Below, piece by piece: positions 59,330-60,874 of a DNA stretch of 60,874 bases (within the stretch, counting starts at the first letter, position 1; each line of letters starts with the position of its first letter). The notes beneath the pieces were generated by a model, which saw nothing but the letters and a program-made list of their open reading frames with translations, did not search any database and was not told where the DNA came from. Origin of the DNA: Pseudomonadota bacterium (GTDB taxonomy: Bacteria > Bdellovibrionota > Bdellovibrionia > Bdellovibrionales > SG-bin7); contig JAWXAY010000053.1 of assembly GCA_034439715.1 (NCBI GenBank), positions 1 to 60,874 on the forward strand, given 5' to 3'. Both the position numbers and the translations under genes were made by a program.

Positions 59330-60232
59330 CTATCTACCCGAACTAAACTGCAAGGCTCTAAATAAGACTTCGGCAGCGGCCTTGGCCGGGCTATCTTTTT
59401 TAACATAGAATTTAATATTGTATTGATAATTGAGTCCAGCAACTTCGATGTGGTTAAGTCGACCTGATTGAACTTGTTTACGAATGGAATGCGCCGGCAA
59501 AAAGCCCCAGCCAAACCCAGACTCCACGATTCGTTTGAGCGAACCCACATTAGTGCTTTCTATGATTGGACGAAGTACTATTTTTTTGGCCTCAAGCAGA
59601 CCACTCAGGAATTTGTCAAATGCGGGATAGTGGTCATTCAATTTTACAAATGGATTCTCAGCCAGGGTTTCGACCGGAATGTTCAATGGCAGCGTCGTAT
59701 CTTTTGCTGAGGCCACAAGCCACAACTCATCCTTAAAAAGAATTTTTTCTTCGTAGGCTGAAAATTCACCACCGTATTCTTTGCTCACGTCGGGAAGAAT
59801 AACTACATCCATAGCGTTCTTTTTCATGGCTTCCATTATGTCTATTCCGGCGCTGTATTCTAGATTTAGAGTTAGTTGGCTATTAGTTTTTAAAAATAAA
59901 CCGACAATTGGACTTACCATATACATGCCGATTGAATTCAGGGTGCCAATATCAAGACGCCCCTTAACATCAGACTTCATACTTTGAATGGCGACCTCAG
60001 CCTGTTTTGTCAGGTACATGATCTTTTTTGCATACTCAAAAAGTAGCTGCCCCTGCAATGTCGGTTTAACCTGCCGAACACCACGAACTAGGAGCTCTAC
60101 ACCCAACTCTTCTTCTAGGTTTCGGATTTGTTGACTCACTGCGGGTTGAGTTAAAAAAAGCTTTTCCGCGGCGGCTGTCATGCTGCCCTCGTTCAAGATC
60201 GCACAAAAGGTAGCCATCTGCTGTAGATTCAT
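59330..60232 (-). CDS. LysR family transcriptional regulator
   Basis: GSMTAAAEKLFLTQPAVSQQIRNLEEELG HTH; V.SG.G..FLP. Confidence 0.95.
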   Translation of the reverse strand: MNLQQMATFCAILNEGSMTAAAEKLFLTQPAVSQQIRNLEEELGVELLVRGVRQVKPTLQGQLLFEYAKKIMYLTKQAEVAIQSMKSDVKGRLDIGTLNSIGMYMVSPIVGLFLKTNSQLTLNLEYSAGIDIMEAMKKNAMDVVILPDVSKEYGGEFSAYEEKILFKDELWLVASAKDTTLPLNIPVETLAENPFVKLNDHYPAFDKFLSGLLEAKKIVLRPIIESTNVGSLKRIVESGFGWGFLPAHSIRKQVQSGRLNHIEVAGLNYQYNIKFYVKKDSPAKAAAEVLFRALQFSSGR

Positions 60233-60357
60233 GGGTTCCCCCTCTAAACCTAGTTGTATAAGCATTTCTTATGGAGAATCAAGAATTATATAAATTGCCG
60301 AGTTTACAAGCATTAGGTTATGTCTTGTGCAGGAAATTCGTTTGGGGGAGGGGTTGC

Positions 60358-60874
60358 ATGAGGAAAGTCCAAAATAGTGCCAGTGCAATAATAACACTTT
60401 TACTGTTGTTGGTGGCCTGTACCGAAAGGCCTAAAAACATGTCAGTTGAAGTTCGCAATCTGACAGTACGCCAGACTGGGTTTATCATTGAAATCTCGCC
60501 TGGACAGGAATTACTCCTCGAAGAAAATTTTTCAGGCTCACTAAGAGTCATCGATGGGGCAAAAGGAATTTACGAAATCCTTCCTCCCTTCACGGAGGCA
60601 GACATCGAAAAAGTCCTGCCCAAAGCTGAAGTGACTAAAAACATGGTTATACTCCCTGAGCTGTCGCCAGAAAAAATATCTGCTAAACAAGTAGCCTACG
60701 CTCAAATGGCTGCCATTCCCGAATCTAAGCTTAAGCCTTGTGTTAGCGCCAGAGAACCTCCTAAATCAGAAATTTCTGTTTTGAATGAAAGTGAGCTCAA
60801 AGGAAAAGCGGGCTCCATAAATCGAGGTCAGGTCTTAAGGCTTTCTGCACAATTAAGCGAACCTCATCCACAGC
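60358..60874 (+). CDS. Lipoprotein, truncated by the window end
   Basis: Open frame MRKVQNSASAIITLLLLLVAC... with no stop before the window edge; GGGGAGG upstream. Confidence 0.65.
   Translation, partial: MRKVQNSASAIITLLLLLVACTERPKNMSVEVRNLTVRQTGFIIEISPGQELLLEENFSGSLRVIDGAKGIYEILPPFTEADIEKVLPKAEVTKNMVILPELSPEKISAKQVAYAQMAAIPESKLKPCVSAREPPKSEISVLNESELKGKAGSINRGQVLRLSAQLSEPHPQ

Noticed and set aside
1..60874. CRISPR array, tRNA, rRNA, IS or prophage
   Set aside because: No regularly spaced repeats, cloverleaf or rRNA signatures, and no transposase, integrase or phage genes recognised by eye

Overview
Bacterial chromosomal segment, roughly 40% GC by eye, most likely from a Bdellovibrionota (Bdellovibrionaceae-like predator). 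The assignment is inferred from two TIGR02147/DUF4423 paralogues, an FxNC-type lipobox, many secreted hypotheticals, and gene blocks such as carD-gltX-cysS-uvrB-uvrC and ruvCAB / efp / tamB-Omp85 / rsmB-like / nusB. Housekeeping blocks (10.5-28.6 kb and 43.6-60.9 kb) alternate with two accessory regions (0.3-10.5 kb and 28.7-43.7 kb) rich in secreted or lipoprotein hypotheticals. No rRNA, tRNA, CRISPR array, transposase, integrase or reverse transcriptase was recognised. Strongest observations: (1) both TIGR02147 genes are divergent from an unrelated secreted-protein gene and share the intergenic architecture TAGAGT-N3-ACTMTA, 24-25 nt, TTGA-N12-CATCAC, suggesting an undescribed regulator/operator/secreted-cargo module; (2) a perfect 51-bp direct repeat duplicating a gene 3' end brackets 4.3 kb of small secreted-protein genes with no recombinase; (3) a signal-peptide-bearing ATP-grasp-like protein and a secreted Sm/Hfq-fold-like protein; (4) many sigma54- and sigma28-like promoters, several predicting leaderless transcripts; (5) an alanine dehydrogenase broken by an in-frame stop within a burst of substitutions, probably an assembly artefact. 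All family assignments are motif recognition by eye; no database searches were run.
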